Positions 48,872 through 63,179 of a stretch of 64,000 nt of DNA are shown here, piece after piece. The position numbers were made by a program, and so were the translations under genes. The notes below the pieces were generated by a model. The model searched no databases. It worked only from the letters and a program-made list of their open reading frames with translations, and was not told the origin of the DNA. Source of the DNA: Epiperipatus broadwayi (Eukaryota; Animalia; Onychophora); NCBI GenBank assembly GCA_028023455.1, contig JAQFVV010000010.1:7378001-7442000 (forward strand), read 5' to 3'. Positions within the stretch are counted from its first letter, which is position 1. Every line of letters begins with the position of its first letter.

Positions 48872-50604
48872 ATTTCTTTTTCATGATTATAGTCATAATA
48901 AATCAAGTTTTAAAAAGGAGTTAGTTTGTTTTATTTCTATATTAGATATATATGAACTATTTTGAAAAGAAGAACTGTGTGCTGGATATATTAAATTATT
49001 ATCTTTACAGTATCTATAAAAAAATGATAATCATTTAGATTATTAAAACTTTAGCAATCAACTATACATTACATTTCTTTATCAAATTTTTATTTTATTT
49101 CACTGTATTTATGTAAAATAATTTGTGAAATGTTTTTTTTTTTTAAAAAAAAATTAGCACTGCTGCTAATTATTAAAGTAAAATTCTTTGATAATAGAAC
49201 ATAAAGTATAACAAAAATAAATTTTAAAATGTACATCATAGTTAGATTTTTTTCTTTTCAATTATAACTATCAAATGTTTTATACTGTATATTTACCCAG
49301 AGGTTGATAATTTTTTTAAAATAATACACATAGCAAAATGTTTATTCATTAATTAACTTTTTTTTTTTTTCAATTTAAGCTTTATTTTTTTAATCGAATT
49401 TGTTGAATTTAAAGAAATTAGTTTTTTCCCCCATGGGAAGTCACTATACTTGTTTATTTTTTTATGCAAGTTTTTGATTTAAAATGCACTTTAGAGCACT
49501 AACTGTCCTTGCTAAACAAGATAATAGTATACATAAAAAAGTATAAGTCAAAATGAATCTTTTTTAAAAAAAAAAAATTCGCCACAATATTTAAAAAAAA
49601 AAACCTCTACAAATCTTCAAATTGGCAAAACAATAACAATCAAAAATTTATAAAATAAATGCTGGTAATTTAAAGATAGTATGATGAACCAATGTTTGAA
49701 ATAGTAATAACATTTAGCAGTTTAAAATTTTTGGTTAGATAGTACAATTAGTCATATAAAGTCATTATTTCTAGTAATCTACTGATAAATTACTAAAATT
49801 ATTTTCTACAGGAAGTCCAACTCTGACAAAGTTGCACTATTAAAACTCTCTTTTGAGTTGCAATTTAAGTATTCATTTCATAAAACTTTTGTACTTTACT
49901 TTGATTTTTCATTACAAGACAGAACCAAAATTAACAAAAAAAATAAAATCATAGTTTGATATTAAATTTGTTATTTTTGTGGAAACAGGTTTTTCTGCCA
50001 GACCTTGAAAAAAAAAAAAAATACAAAAGTAAAAATTTTTCAAATTTCAATTGTAATTAGTATTTATTATTTAATTCATTATATATAGTAATAAAGAAAG
50101 TAATTGTTTTATTATCATTTTTTAAAAGAAATTTTATAATATAAAGATTCATTAATTAATGAAAATACATAAATAAATATTTTTAAACTTTAATTAAATA
50201 GTTAGTATTTACTAAAATTAAATTAATAAAACTAATAATTATTTTCTTTTTTTTAAAAAAGAAATTTTGTAATATACAGATTCATTACATTACTGGTTAA
50301 CCCCCCCCCAAATCTGTATTTTTTATTAAAATGCTTTAATTAACTCTTTGATATCTGTGAACAGAATAGCTCATTTCCAATAATTTTAATCTACAGGTGG
50401 CAGAGTTTTTAAAGTGACAATTTCACAAGTTATCAGAAAATCAACAATCATCAAAGAGACTTAAAGTATCAAATATGCATGTAGAATAATTCTTTGATTA
50501 AATTGTAAGTGAATTTATTTTCTTCACTTGTTTATTACTTTTTATAAAATTGAATATTTATTTCTCATTATATATGTAATGTTTACATTACGCTCTATTT
50601 AAAG

Positions 50605-53236
50605 CAAGAGTTCCCAAACTTTTTCTGGCAGTAGACCCCTTTACCAAAAACGTTTAAAAACATCAATCCCCTAGTCATTTACTTTACTTATTCAAATTAA
50701 TAAATTTGTACAGTACTTGATAATAAATATTTCACTAGATATCATCAAACTTTTCATTTTAATCACTTGTAATTAATGATTGAAAAAGATAAAAGGACTA
50801 TGGAATATGGCCTTATCTTGTGCAAAATTTAAAATTGAAACCTGCACTAATGAAAATTAAAACAAAAAATATGAGAATTTTTTTAAAATTTTTTATATTC
50901 ATGAAATAAATATGTTCATTCAAAATAAATACAAATATTGAAATCACTTCATTAAACATAAAAAATGAAGTGAAAAAATCAACATATTCAGACAGAATTA
51001 TCATCAACAAAATTACAACAATGAAATATTTTAACCAGAATTATAAAAATAAGAATACCAAATAAATTAGATTGGAAAACTGAATTTAATGAGATGGGTA
51101 CATCTGGTGATATACCAACAATTTATCTAGGTCTGGTTTTAAATTAGTGAGTTGCATTCTCAAATCATGTTCAGTGATATGCAATGGATGTCCGTTTTGA
51201 AGCAGGTTTAAAACTACACTGAAGACTCTCTCTAACAGATACATGATGTAAATGCCAGAAAATACTTTTGTACAAGAGTCCATAGAGCTGGGTACAGAAG
51301 TGGAATATCTTCTTGGAGCCAAAACTTTTGATAACCTTGTTTGAATTGTACCTTGAGCGCCTCATTCATGCTGATGGTTATCAGCTCATCTTGTACAATT
51401 ATATTTGGTTCTGCATTAGTGTAAGGGTTTATTATCCATTCTGGTATTTGCAATAATAGAATGAATATCTTCGAATCTAGTTTTGAAATCTAAGTAAAAA
51501 ATCTCTAAGTGGTTGACGTACAGCAAGATGTTTTCTTTTTGGATTGTGCTTATCTTAAATAAGTTGAGGAACTGGGAAAGCTCAGATATTGCAATATTTT
51601 GCTTAAAAAACATTAATCTGGCATCAAAAACCAATATGACCAATTTTGCTTTGATGACATTCAAATTGTAAGTGAACAGACTAGTGTTCAAAGCATTATT
51701 TCAAATTTTGTTCACAGCTGCTATAAAAACTGAAGCGATTGATGCAATTTGTTGCTAAGGTTCCGGGCTACTAAATGTTGCTTATGGATCATGCAGCAAA
51801 CTGCAAGCACTTCACATACATGTTGTTTCAGGCATCTTATGAAACCACAATAATGACCAACTATAGCTGGTGCACCATCTGTCATAACAGATATTATACT
51901 TGTCAATGGAATCTTCTTTTTCCCTGAAAAATAACTCCATTAAATAAAAAATTGATTCACCTCTGGTGTCAGTTTCTAAAGTTCTAGCAAAAAGAAGCTC
52001 TTCAGGCACTTCCTGATCTTGAATAAAGCGAACATAGTCAGCAACAAAGCTTCATTATTGGGTAATGTTGACTCATACAATTGAAGGGGAACTTTTTTTA
52101 CAAATGATTGCACAAACAGTTTTCCATGTCATGACTCATCTTGTGCAGGTTTGAGTACAATGTTAAATAACTACATGATAGCTGATAGAATCAATTTCTC
52201 CCTTATGGTGTGTGGCTCGCCAGACTTCATGATGACTAAGGATATGTTGTATGATGTCCTTAATTTATCATCATTTTGCTTCGACAATGAAACAAACATT
52301 ATCCATTGTAGTTCTCTTCAGAATTTTATCTTTAAATAATTGAAAGTATGACAAATCTATTTTTTTTCGTTAGGGTGAATTCTGTTCAAGTGATCTGCTA
52401 GTTTTGATGGTTTCATAGCGTCATTGCTAAAGACATTTTCGCATACGAGGCGCAATGGTAAATGTTTGTTTGATAATGATGGGACAAATCCTAGCTTCAA
52501 ATAGTCCAAGTTGTACTGTCTGCATTTCTTTTATGGTTCAATCATATTACTATCATAAGAAATAAAAACTTCTATTAACAAACAATTATGACATACCCTG
52601 TGATAAAAAAACAAAAACAATAATGAAGGTATTTACTTGAAACAGAACCTTTTTGCTCAAACTCGAATAAATAAACTGTCCTCTGATTTTCTTTTTTGTG
52701 TACTGCTCCTCAATAAATAATTATATTCAAAGTTCAAATCATAAATAAGTATGTCACATCAAATGAATCAATTTATAGTGTTTTATGAAAGCACAATGTA
52801 GAAGAGTGATAGATTCTGCTAATATCGAATATCATCTTGTCCCTCTGTGAGCAAGTGAGGATATGCAATGTTTTTTCATGTCCACACTTGTTTTCACATG
52901 TTTGATAAGACAATGCACAGACATATTTGTGCTACATGTATTTTCATGCATTCTTAAGTGTGACACTTTTAATGACACATTTTATCTTTTCATTAGCAAG
53001 TTTGTTATATAATGTGTTTTTATCAAAAAATGTTTTTTTTTTTTTAAAAAAAAATCACTTTTTAATTAGGTACGTATTGGAATCATAAATATTTTGAAGT
53101 AACAAAGAAATAGCAGTAATAAGGGGTCTATTTTTTTGCTGTGTAGACCTCCAAATTTTTTTTATTGAAACTATGGACCCCTAGAAAGTTTCAGATCAAT
53201 CCCAGGGGGCGATACTGACCACTTTGGGAACTCTTG
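50605..53236 (-). mobile_element. Charlie/Buster-type hAT, 2632 bp, pseudogenised transposase
   Basis: TIRs CAAGAGTTCCCAAA / TTTGGGAACTCTTG and a perfect 8-bp TSD ATTTAAAG (50597-604, 53237-44). Motifs EELLFARTLETDTRGESIF, SVMTDGAPAIVG, CMIHKQHL, WIINPY and HQMYPSH*. Confidence 0.93.
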
Positions 53237-53549
53237 ATTTAAAGTATAGCTGTTTAAATAGAAATTACTCGAATATTTATATATCAACTAGATTTGCCTC
53301 AAACCAAAACTCTGTTTTAAAATCCTGACATTTGAGTATTGTTATTTATTTATTACTCTTTTTTTTTCTTCTTCAAAAATAACTTTCATAACATGTAATA
53401 TAATATGTTAACAATGATGGTTTTAGGAAATTTATCTTTGCATCAGATTTTAGCAGTGTTAAACAAGTTTTAAATGTTAATTCGATCTCAATTTTAGAAT
53501 TGAACATGATAGAAAATAACCTAAGTTATCTCCCTGCACTAAAAATCAG

Positions 53550-54500
53550 GTTTCTCAGATGATCAGAACAGAAGTTATTATCACCCTTCCGGTGGATTGG
53601 GAGCCACAAAAAATATATATATATATTTTTTTTTTCAAATCAGCACAGAATTACAATGAAGTGATTCCTGAGCTAAAAAATAATAATTCAAAGACAAAAA
53701 TGAGTACAAATGATGTTTTAGACCTAAACAGACATTGAAGCTGCAAATTATTCATAATCTTTTAAGCAATAATTATTGAGAATTTTCCAAGGTTTTACAA
53801 CAAACTTTCAGATTATTCTTGAATCATTGAATACTAATCAAGACCTGAAATTCAATCAAAAGAAGCAGGATCTAATTAGTATCGATAAATAAAAATCACT
53901 GTGAACCCTGAAGAACTTTGGTTGGTGGGTTGAACAGCTATTGTGAACATTTGCAGACACAGGAGTTTCATAATGATTAAGGACAGATGTTCAACTCCAT
54001 TAACCTCAGTGTGCAAGGTGATATCATTGGATGCTAGACACTCCAGCTAGAAATATCATCTTTGTAACAGTAATAGTTTTGTTGTGATATTTGTGGGCAC
54101 GGGTCTGCACTTCTCATTTCTTCCGCAGGGGTTAATGATGGCGGTCGTTGGAGGTCTGGTTTATGGATGTGGGCTAATGACAATTATTGCCGCTCCCCGG
54201 AAAACCTGCCGGGAGGGTACAGAGTGAAAGTTTTCAGCACTTTTTCCACTCTGATGGGTTGCTGCACCCCCATGTTGGATTGTTTTTGGGCAGTGCAGAT
54301 CTGTCCTCGTCCATGTATAGATACACATTAAGCAAAATTATACAACCCTTTTATGGATATATTTGTTTACGAGCATACATACCTTGTAAACCTGGTCAAT
54401 AATTGTTTTGCCTCATAACACTGAACACTTTGTAATCCTCCACGGATAAATTTACCCAATAATTTTTTGTAATCTTTTGACTAATAAAGGTTCCTTTTGA
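53550..54500 (-). mobile_element. Possible LINE ORF1 (gag-like)/endonuclease junction remnant
   Basis: GC-richer island with degenerate zinc-knuckle-like patches (LSVEDYK...VMR) and an LMELNI patch. Family not determined. Confidence 0.33.
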
Positions 54501-57130
54501 GAAAAAAAATAACTTTCATTTTTTAAAGATATGTTTAAAAAATATAGAGAAACAATCAATAATAAAGTTTATTTCATTAAAAATAAACAGAAAAAAAATC
54601 AGTGACTAAGTCTATTCTACTAGTAGTGAAAAAAAATGACTAGGCTGAAAATTTAAACATTTTTTTATATTTTAATTTTAAAATAAATAATTATTGAAAT
54701 ATTACATAAATTATATACAAAAAAAATAAATAAATTAAGCCTGAATAAAAAATTTCACACTGAAGCCAAATTAATTCTAAAAGGTTTTGAATCACATTGT
54801 TTATCTTGCAGATTTTTTTTGCTGATAATGTGACTCTAATTGGAGAAGACAAGAATTGACATTTTTCATGAAATATCTAAATATTTTAGCTTCCTTCTGA
54901 TTAATCTGATGAGAAAAACTTTATTTCTCATTTACTATTTTTTCTCTTTGGGATATTGTTGTAGAAATTTTAACCATCATCAGTTGGAATGAAAAAGGTA
55001 CACAGAAAAAAATGAAAGAATAATACCGGAGTCTGGAAAAGAGGCTGAGCAAGAGGTCAAACTAGAACTAGACCCACATACAAAGTTTTAATAATATATA
55101 CAAGAAAGTTTTTGACAAAAAATTATATAAAGCTTAATATCTATAAAGAATTATTTACTCTACCAATATCACTAATAATAAACAAATACCATTCATTTGA
55201 ATAATTATGTGTAACTCTAAATATAATAAAATCAGCAAGATCTCGGGATATCATCATAATTTTAATAATATTATCTTAGAGCATTCTTATGAGCACACAA
55301 AGTATGTGTGTTATATTTAATAAGGTTAGCAAGTTAGTTCTTAACTCTCAGGATGCCTATTGCTTAGATCAAACAATTATCTCAACATTCTTTATGAAAT
55401 ATAATAATTACTATTCTGAAAATTATTACTCTCAGCAATATTAAAGTATCTAATCATATCTCAGCAAACTCAATATTAAAATGGAAATGGGGCAAGTAAA
55501 TGGAATTTTAAAAAAATTACTTCTTAAAATAAAGTGTAATTGTGATCATATTTACTTATAAGATGGGTAGATAATGATGATGATTTTCAATTAATGACAA
55601 ACAGCCATTAAATAAAAAAAAATTATAACAATTTATTAATTATAAAACTATTATAAAAAATATTTAGATAAATGTAATCCTAACAACAGTAAATTCTCTG
55701 AGAAGAACACAAATCATATTGTGCTGTTGTATTTGATAAATACTTTCTACTTGGGTTATAAATCCCTACATGAGTTATAAATACTTGTGTTTTATCAAAA
55801 ATATGATGTGATACCAAAACATTCCATTGGAAAAGGTTGTATATCTAAGCATCAACTACAAACAAAATACAAGAATGTTTTACTGTATCCCTAAGTACAC
55901 TAACAATAATAATCATAATAACAAGTTCTTATAGGTATCAGATTTATTGATTAACCCTCTCATGAATGAGTAAAGCATTTTACCAACTCATTATTACTCT
56001 TAAAATATATAACTTTAATGAGACCTGGCTATCACAGATTCTAGAAGCATGACATAATATACCCTTTATGTTTATATTAGAGTTAAAATTTTAACACCAT
56101 ATTGTTAGGAGTTAAACTCAACTACACAATAATATTTGTGGTTAGCAATGCCACAAGGATAATTCAATATACCATATACTTCTCATTAACTCATATGAGT
56201 ATCTCTTTGGTCAAATAAAAAGGATAACATCATAACTATTTAACTGTTTAGTCTAGATACCTTTAATTATAAAAAATATGAGGTTGATTTAAGGAGTCAA
56301 TAAAACATATGAGAGATTAACTATTAACTTGGATTTAGCATATTTTACCTTAGCGTAAAGTTTAACACAACTGATTAATGCATATTAAAATTACAAAGAC
56401 ACATTTATATCCAATTTCAATGATAAATAGACTGTATTATTTGTATCTTCCTTATAGGATTTTCTTTCTTGAAAAACTTTTATTAAACTTAATAACTTAA
56501 AAATATTAAAATAATTAAACAAATTAACTAACTATAGGATAGAAAAAAATTATAATCCATGGTCATTAAATAAATGTCCAAGAAACTTTATCCAGGCAGA
56601 TTTTAAATATTTCCAATTGGATAAAAGATATTATTTGGTATTTTATAATGTAATAAAATTCCACTACAATGAATTTAACACAATCCATATAAGGGCATAA
56701 TTAATTTTGAAGGCTGAGTTTTTATAGCAGAAATTCACTAATATTGATTTTCAAAAAGCATTAAACAAATCAATTATTTATTAGTATTTCTTCAAGTATT
56801 AACACAATTAATCCTTGTAAAAAATAGCTTTCATAAATTATAATGTCTATAAGTATATTTACAAAGATATAATACTGACTGAATATAATTCCATTATTTT
56901 TTGGATTACTGTATTCATTGTAGTATCAAATAAAATATTAATCCATAAGTTAAATTAGTTTTCACAGAATATCAAAAGTGTTAAGTAATTTTTCACCAAT
57001 ATAATATACTGAGATTCATTAATCTATTGTTTCAAGTCAATTTTATATTATCCAGCTAGAGTTTAGGTCATTTTCCAAATGTGAGGCCAAACTATTCATT
57101 AATTCATTGACTTGAATTCGTTTTATAATA

Positions 57131-58653
57131 CACCCGGGTCTCGTTTTATGCAGATTTTTTAAATGCGATTTTGAAGTTATGTGATTCATGTTTCATTTTA
57201 ATATCTTTGTATGCGGTTTTCTTTTATGCGATAAAAATGATTAGATCAGAAGTCGAGCTCCGATAATGCGCTATTACTTTAAAAATTATAAATTTTGTGC
57301 ACTCACACATCATATTTAAAGTAATAATGCATTATTGGAGTTCGACTTCCATCTAATAATTTCAATATTTTCAGTGCTTTATAATAGTATTGTAATAGAT
57401 TTTATGCAATAAAGAAGTTCATAATTCACTTAAAATCAGGATTTCCCCATTTTATATACACACATTAAATTTTACAAGATTATAATGTAAATCTGTTCAA
57501 ATGTTATAGATGCTATACTATGTATGTTGTTGTTTTTGCATTTTAAATCACATTCTATTTTTGCTTTTTGAAAAAAGAGTACACAATCAATTAATCATTT
57601 AGTGTCCGCAAGTAATAAATTTTACAAGATTATAATATAAATCTGTTCAAATGTTATAGATGCGTATACTATGCATGTTGTTGTTTTTGCATTTTAAATC
57701 ATATTCTATTTTTGCTTTTTAAAAAAAGAGTATGTAATCAATTAATCATTTAGTGTCCGCAAGTTTATTTTTAAAAGATGAATAGGAGCAGTGGGCACAA
57801 TTAAATTTGACAATTAAAAATTAAAATCTGATTTTTAATTATAATTAGCAATTTAATAATTACTTAACGTGATCTAAAATTAATGTGATGTGAAACAATG
57901 AAATTTCATTTTTAAACAGAATTGAAAATTAAAAAATTAAAGACAAAAATAAGAATTTAATTTTTAATTGTTAGTTTTAATTAAATTTTACCCCACAGCG
58001 GTGAGTAAGAGTCTTTTTATTACCATAAGTCTAAGTTCTTATTTTTATTTTAAACTTTTAGTTTACAGTAATGGAGAGAAAAAAACACCCAAGAAAATTA
58101 ATTTCTTTGGAAACAAAAATTTCAATTTTAGATTGCTAAAAAAAAAATGGGAAGGATCAACAGCGACTGGAAAAATTTTTAGTTTGGGAGTGTACTATAA
58201 GAGCAATTAAAAAAAATGAGGTTGGTGCTAGTTGTATTTCCTCTTGTGACGAATCTGATGTCTTACTAGTTCACAAATGAACTTGCATATCATCAAAGAG
58301 TGATAATGATTAAAATACTGTACATGTGTGAAAAAATATAAAATACTGTAAATTATGCATAAAAATATAGTTTTGAATAAAATTACATACTGTAGTTAAT
58401 AAAAGATGTGAAAAAAGTTTGTCTTGTATCAATTTTTTTCAAATTTGAAAATTTTTATTAATCATATTTTATTTCATTATTTTTTTATGTGAATTTTAAA
58501 GTAATTTTATGTTGTTGCTTTGCTTTTATGCGATTTTTGAAAATTACAGTACGTACCCCCATTTTTCAAGGTAAATTAGGCCTATTTTTGTGCAATTTCT
58601 TTTGTGTGCATTTTCTAAGGAACCTATCTACCGCATAAAACGAGACCCAGGTG
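57131..58653. mobile_element. pogo/Tigger-like non-autonomous element, 1523 bp, TA TSD
   Basis: TA|CACCCGGGTCTCGTTTTATGC ... GCATAAAACGAGACCCAGGTG|TA; same family as 8508-9728. Confidence 0.85.
57466..57764 (+). repeat. 150-bp tandem duplication inside the pogo-like element
   Basis: Units start with TAAATTTTACAAGATTATAAT at 57466 and 57616; both end TTTAGTGTCCGCAAGT. Confidence 0.92.
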
Positions 58654-59731
58654 TACCCATTTACTACTGTCTTAGGTAATTTTTACAAATATAAAATAAA
58701 ACAATAGGCTAATCTATAAATTCCTATGAATTTTATATTTTGGTATAAACTTTAGAATGATGTAGCAAATATAATTTCAAACAAGCGCAGATGAATCAAA
58801 ATATTAAAATATGATTCTTTTAAATGCACTACTGAACAATAAATGTTATTAATAATTTTATTTCTTCATTCATCACATTTACCTTTAAGAGGTAAATGCC
58901 TAGCTGGTTTCTAGTCAGACATGTTGTTGGTGAAAAATGACAAAATGGCTAATTCTAGGTTTAAATCTGATGCAGTGCTTCAACACACTACCATTAAAGA
59001 AGACTAAACAAATCCAGATAAGGGTTGGTATTTATAACTTTCTGCTATGTGATTAGTAATTACGTAATTTTGTACCCACAACACTTCACACTTTTTGGAT
59101 TTGTACAAAAATATTCTGCTCTCATTGCTATGGAAATGGTTAGAAGATGAGATTTGAAAGTTTCAAAAGTTTAGGAAGGGCAGACAAAATTATTTTAAAA
59201 TGACGATAATATTATTTTGAATATTAAAATACCATGACACTAATTAGCAATAAAATAAAATACACAATTATGTATTTCAAAAATAAAAACGATTTATAAT
59301 AATAAATATTAAATTAAATGTTTTGTTTTATTTATTTTTAAAGTTCTTATTTTTAATTAATAATAAACTCATTTATTTAACATTAAGAATGTTCAAATTT
59401 ACTATACTTTAAAACAAACTTTCATGTATGCAAAAACAAGTGTTTAGACATAATGTCAAAATTTGCTATCATTATTGATTGCATTATTAGTAGTCTAGTT
59501 ATCATAATAAAATTATTATTGTATTAAAAATATTTTAAATACTTTTATTGTAGTTAGCATAGTATCTTTTTATCCATATATTTTCCTACTAGCATTGATT
59601 TTAAGTGTGTTTATTTTTCATTCAATATTAGCGGTGCTTTATAAAAAAAAATCGAGATGTATATTTATGGGATGTTATAATTGATAAAATCTGTTCGGGA
59701 GACATTTTGGATAATTTTAATAATCTTCTCT

Positions 59732-59887
59732 AATCATCATCATCAACCATTATCAATCCACTGCAGGATGAAGGTCTCTCCAAGTCCAATCCATCTTCTC
59801 TGATCTTTGGCTTCTCTTCTCCACATCACCCCTACACATTTTCTTATTTCATCCATCCATCTCACATGTAGTCTCTCTTTCTGGGTC
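59732..59887 (-). mobile_element. RTE LINE extreme 3' end with (TGA)n tail
   Basis: VRWMDEIRKCVGVMWRREAKDQRRWIGLGETFILQWIDNG* followed by TGATGATGAT, a typical RTE terminus. Confidence 0.8.
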
Positions 59888-62749
59888 ATTTACAATCTCT
59901 TCTCTAATAGGTAGTAGTATATGAGAAAATATAAATATTACTTTTAATTTTACTATTTATCTCGATAACAGTAATACACATCAGTATTTGCTTTACTTCA
60001 TAAGCCAATAATTTTTTTAGAGTTGATAGTTATGATTATTGATTTAGAGAAAATACAGTTAATTTACCTTAGGATACAATAAAGAAATATTTAATTTTAA
60101 TTAAAAAAAAAAAAACTGACTTCAATCAAGAAATAATACTTTTTTACTTCTGCACTCTGTTTCTGAAAGCATTCTAATGTAAGCTTTTTAACAGCCTGAT
60201 TAATAATAATTCACAACTTTACCATTGCACTATTCCAAATAGGCTAAAACCTGATAAATTTGCAATTTTACAAGTATATTAGAAATAGCAATAAATCAGA
60301 AATCAATTAGTCTAAGATTTAAACTTAAACCAAAAGATTAACATAAATGATTAACCTCTCACACATAAGCATATACAAACAATGAATTAAAAAAATATAG
60401 GATAATTCCCTAAAATAACTGAAAATTAATAATAATAATTTAATTAATTATTAGTATTTGCATATTTAACAGACATTAAATATATTTAAGTTTAATAATT
60501 CCCATTATTATTATTTCCCAGCAGACAGTAACTTATTTATTATAATTCCATAGTAAAAACAATATTGAAAAGTGGATTAAAGTAATTACTTTAGGACCAT
60601 CTCTTAACTAATTAGTAAATTTCAGTCACACGAACATAAATTCCAAGTTATTATCCACACCTTATCAACATGCTTTAGCAGTGACTCCTCATATAGAACA
60701 AGATTAAAATATGTATTAGCCAGAAGCAAGACTACTGACCAAGATACTGTTCAATTCATTATAGCATTATGCTAAAAAATCTCCAAGACTATTTCCCCCC
60801 AAACAACTATATAGTTAGTTTAAAATATTTAGCTACTAAATATTTATTAAATATTAAATGACAGATGTAAAAGCAAGTCAACTATTAATAAATATTTTCT
60901 CAAATAATAAAAGAAAAAAAAACCCACCATATTTATAAAAATGAATTAAAAATGATATGGAATTATGTATGTATATTCATGAGTGTGAGTTGGCACAATT
61001 TTTTAATACAGACATATCAACTATACACATACGTAATTATTTTAAAACCAGAACTCATTATTTATGCCTTATTGAGAACTATATATGATCCTGGATTGAA
61101 GCTGCTATTTTTGGTTCTCAAATATCACATGACCTCTTGAATAATTATCCACAGATAAAATGCAAGAATAAACTGTTAAGATTGTTATAAGCAATGTTAA
61201 ACTGTTTGGTGATGATCATGGAGCATCATTGTATTATAATTCTTTAATGCCTAGTTATTGCGAATTAAGCTGAAAATATTGACATTGTAGGGTGCAATCA
61301 AGACATTGATTATCATGTTTAATTTTTGAGGCTTTTCAATGATACATTTGTTATTGTGATGGTAGAGTTTATCCATTTTATAGCTCATCAATCCTATTAA
61401 TCTTTCTAAACAATATAATTTTCTTATGAATCAGATTACCTAAAATGAAAAGACAATTCAAACCTAGTTATTTATGCCACAAGCGAATATTCATCTCTAA
61501 TCTGACTAGCAAAAGTCATCAAAAACATCAATATTTTTTCACAGATTCTTCACCATCCACAAAAATTACTTTAGTACAAACAATTTTGCTTTTAGTAATA
61601 AGGATACAATTTATTTTTCATATATGTAACATTAACATGTTTTCAAACAAACTTTAGCAAACGTACTCATATAATAAAAACATTACATTAAAACATTGTA
61701 CAACTACTACCATTATAAAAAGTTATCTATACAGAAATTTAAAAACATTTTTTTTTAAAAAATCAACTACTAGTAAATGCTTTCTAAAGTAAGGGTGTGT
61801 GTGTGTGAAGATATTTGATTTTTTTGTATTATATGAAGGAATTAAACAAAAAAAAAATTTTGTTAGCTTATGTCATGAAATATATTTATTTTGCATTGTA
61901 AAATTTTTATAAAAATCCTTCATTACAAATATTAAGTAAAATTGTTTTTGTTTTCGCTAGTCAATTGACTATATTTCTTTTATAAGCTCTTATAAATATG
62001 GTTTGGAATAATGACTTACGGATTCTTGCATTTTTAATTGCTCACCATAATAGGTTTATTCTCAAATGGAGCAGAAGACTCAAATGTTTCACTTTTATTA
62101 ATGAAATGAAAATATTCCAATGGTTATTATTCCATAACATTTAATAAGAGAGCAGTATTCTAAAGACATGTAATCAAGTATCTTTCTCACACTGCTTTAA
62201 AAAAGATAGTCTTAAATGGTTCTTCTTATCCAACATAATTTAAAAAATTCTATGGAAATTATTTATATAACTGTAGGATATCTTCATTCATTTTGAATGA
62301 ATGCTTGTAGAAAAATGGTGAATGAAGTAAAATAAAATTTTACTATATACATTTATTTAAAAACATAAATATAGTAATTTAAAATATATAAAAATTTTAT
62401 AGGGACAAATTTAGTATGCATTCTATGATTTTTTTTATTTTATATATACCTGGAAGAGCTACTGAACTACTACTGATATCCTAATTTGGTTGAATTACAA
62501 TGATGTTTTGAGATTTTGGTAAAAGTTTTTCCTTTTCACTAAATAATCCGAACAATAAGTATGTAAGAATTTTTTTATTTTATCTTATGCTTGTTTGATT
62601 AATAAATATATGCTTATTCTTGTGACCATTGCTTTTTTTTCACTAAACAATAAGAACAATAAATACAGGAATAGGGAGATTTGTAGCTGTTTGAATAGTG
62701 ATAATTTATTTTTTCCACTAAATAACAACAGTAATTACATGCCACTTGG

Positions 62750-62990
62750 ATAAGTCTACTTTGATTCTCATCATCAAGACAGAGTGCATGTCTGACTCAA
62801 TCATCCATTCTGATAAGTGGCCTATCTATGCAGATCTCAATATCCAGGTTTCCAACATTCTACTGCCAACTTCCAGTTGCATTATTTCATCATGTGATAA
62901 GATCTCACATCCAGGTAAATGAACCTTCTTGGGCTGGACTTCTTTGTACATATTCAAACTACTTAATTCTGCCAATGAAAAGATTCATAT
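62750..62990 (-). mobile_element. Possible degraded LINE fragment
   Basis: GC-richer island with weak resemblance to an RT C-terminus. Confidence 0.25.
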
Positions 62991-63179
62991 TATTTTTTGT
63001 TTAGGTTAGTAGCATTTTTTTTTTCCTAAAAAAAAAACCTTGCAGCTTAATAGAGAAAAAAAAATATTTGTTCATACTATTTGCTAATCTTGTTGATTAA
63101 GAAAATATAAAGTCTATTCCTTATTCATTAAAATGTTGCATTTTCTATTCTATTATTTTTAACTATCTTTCAAAGACCA

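Larger units (their letters stand above)
48287..48999. mobile_element. Penelope-like pLTR palindrome (family B): head-to-head arms, 58-bp right tail, 14-bp TSD
   Basis: Near-perfect inverted arms 48284-48595 and 48639-48941. TSD TATCTTTACAGTAT at 48273-48286 and 49000-49013. Each arm carries CCTTGAAAAAGACTAT-N5-ATAGTCGAAA(C/T)GTCGG. Confidence 0.85.
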
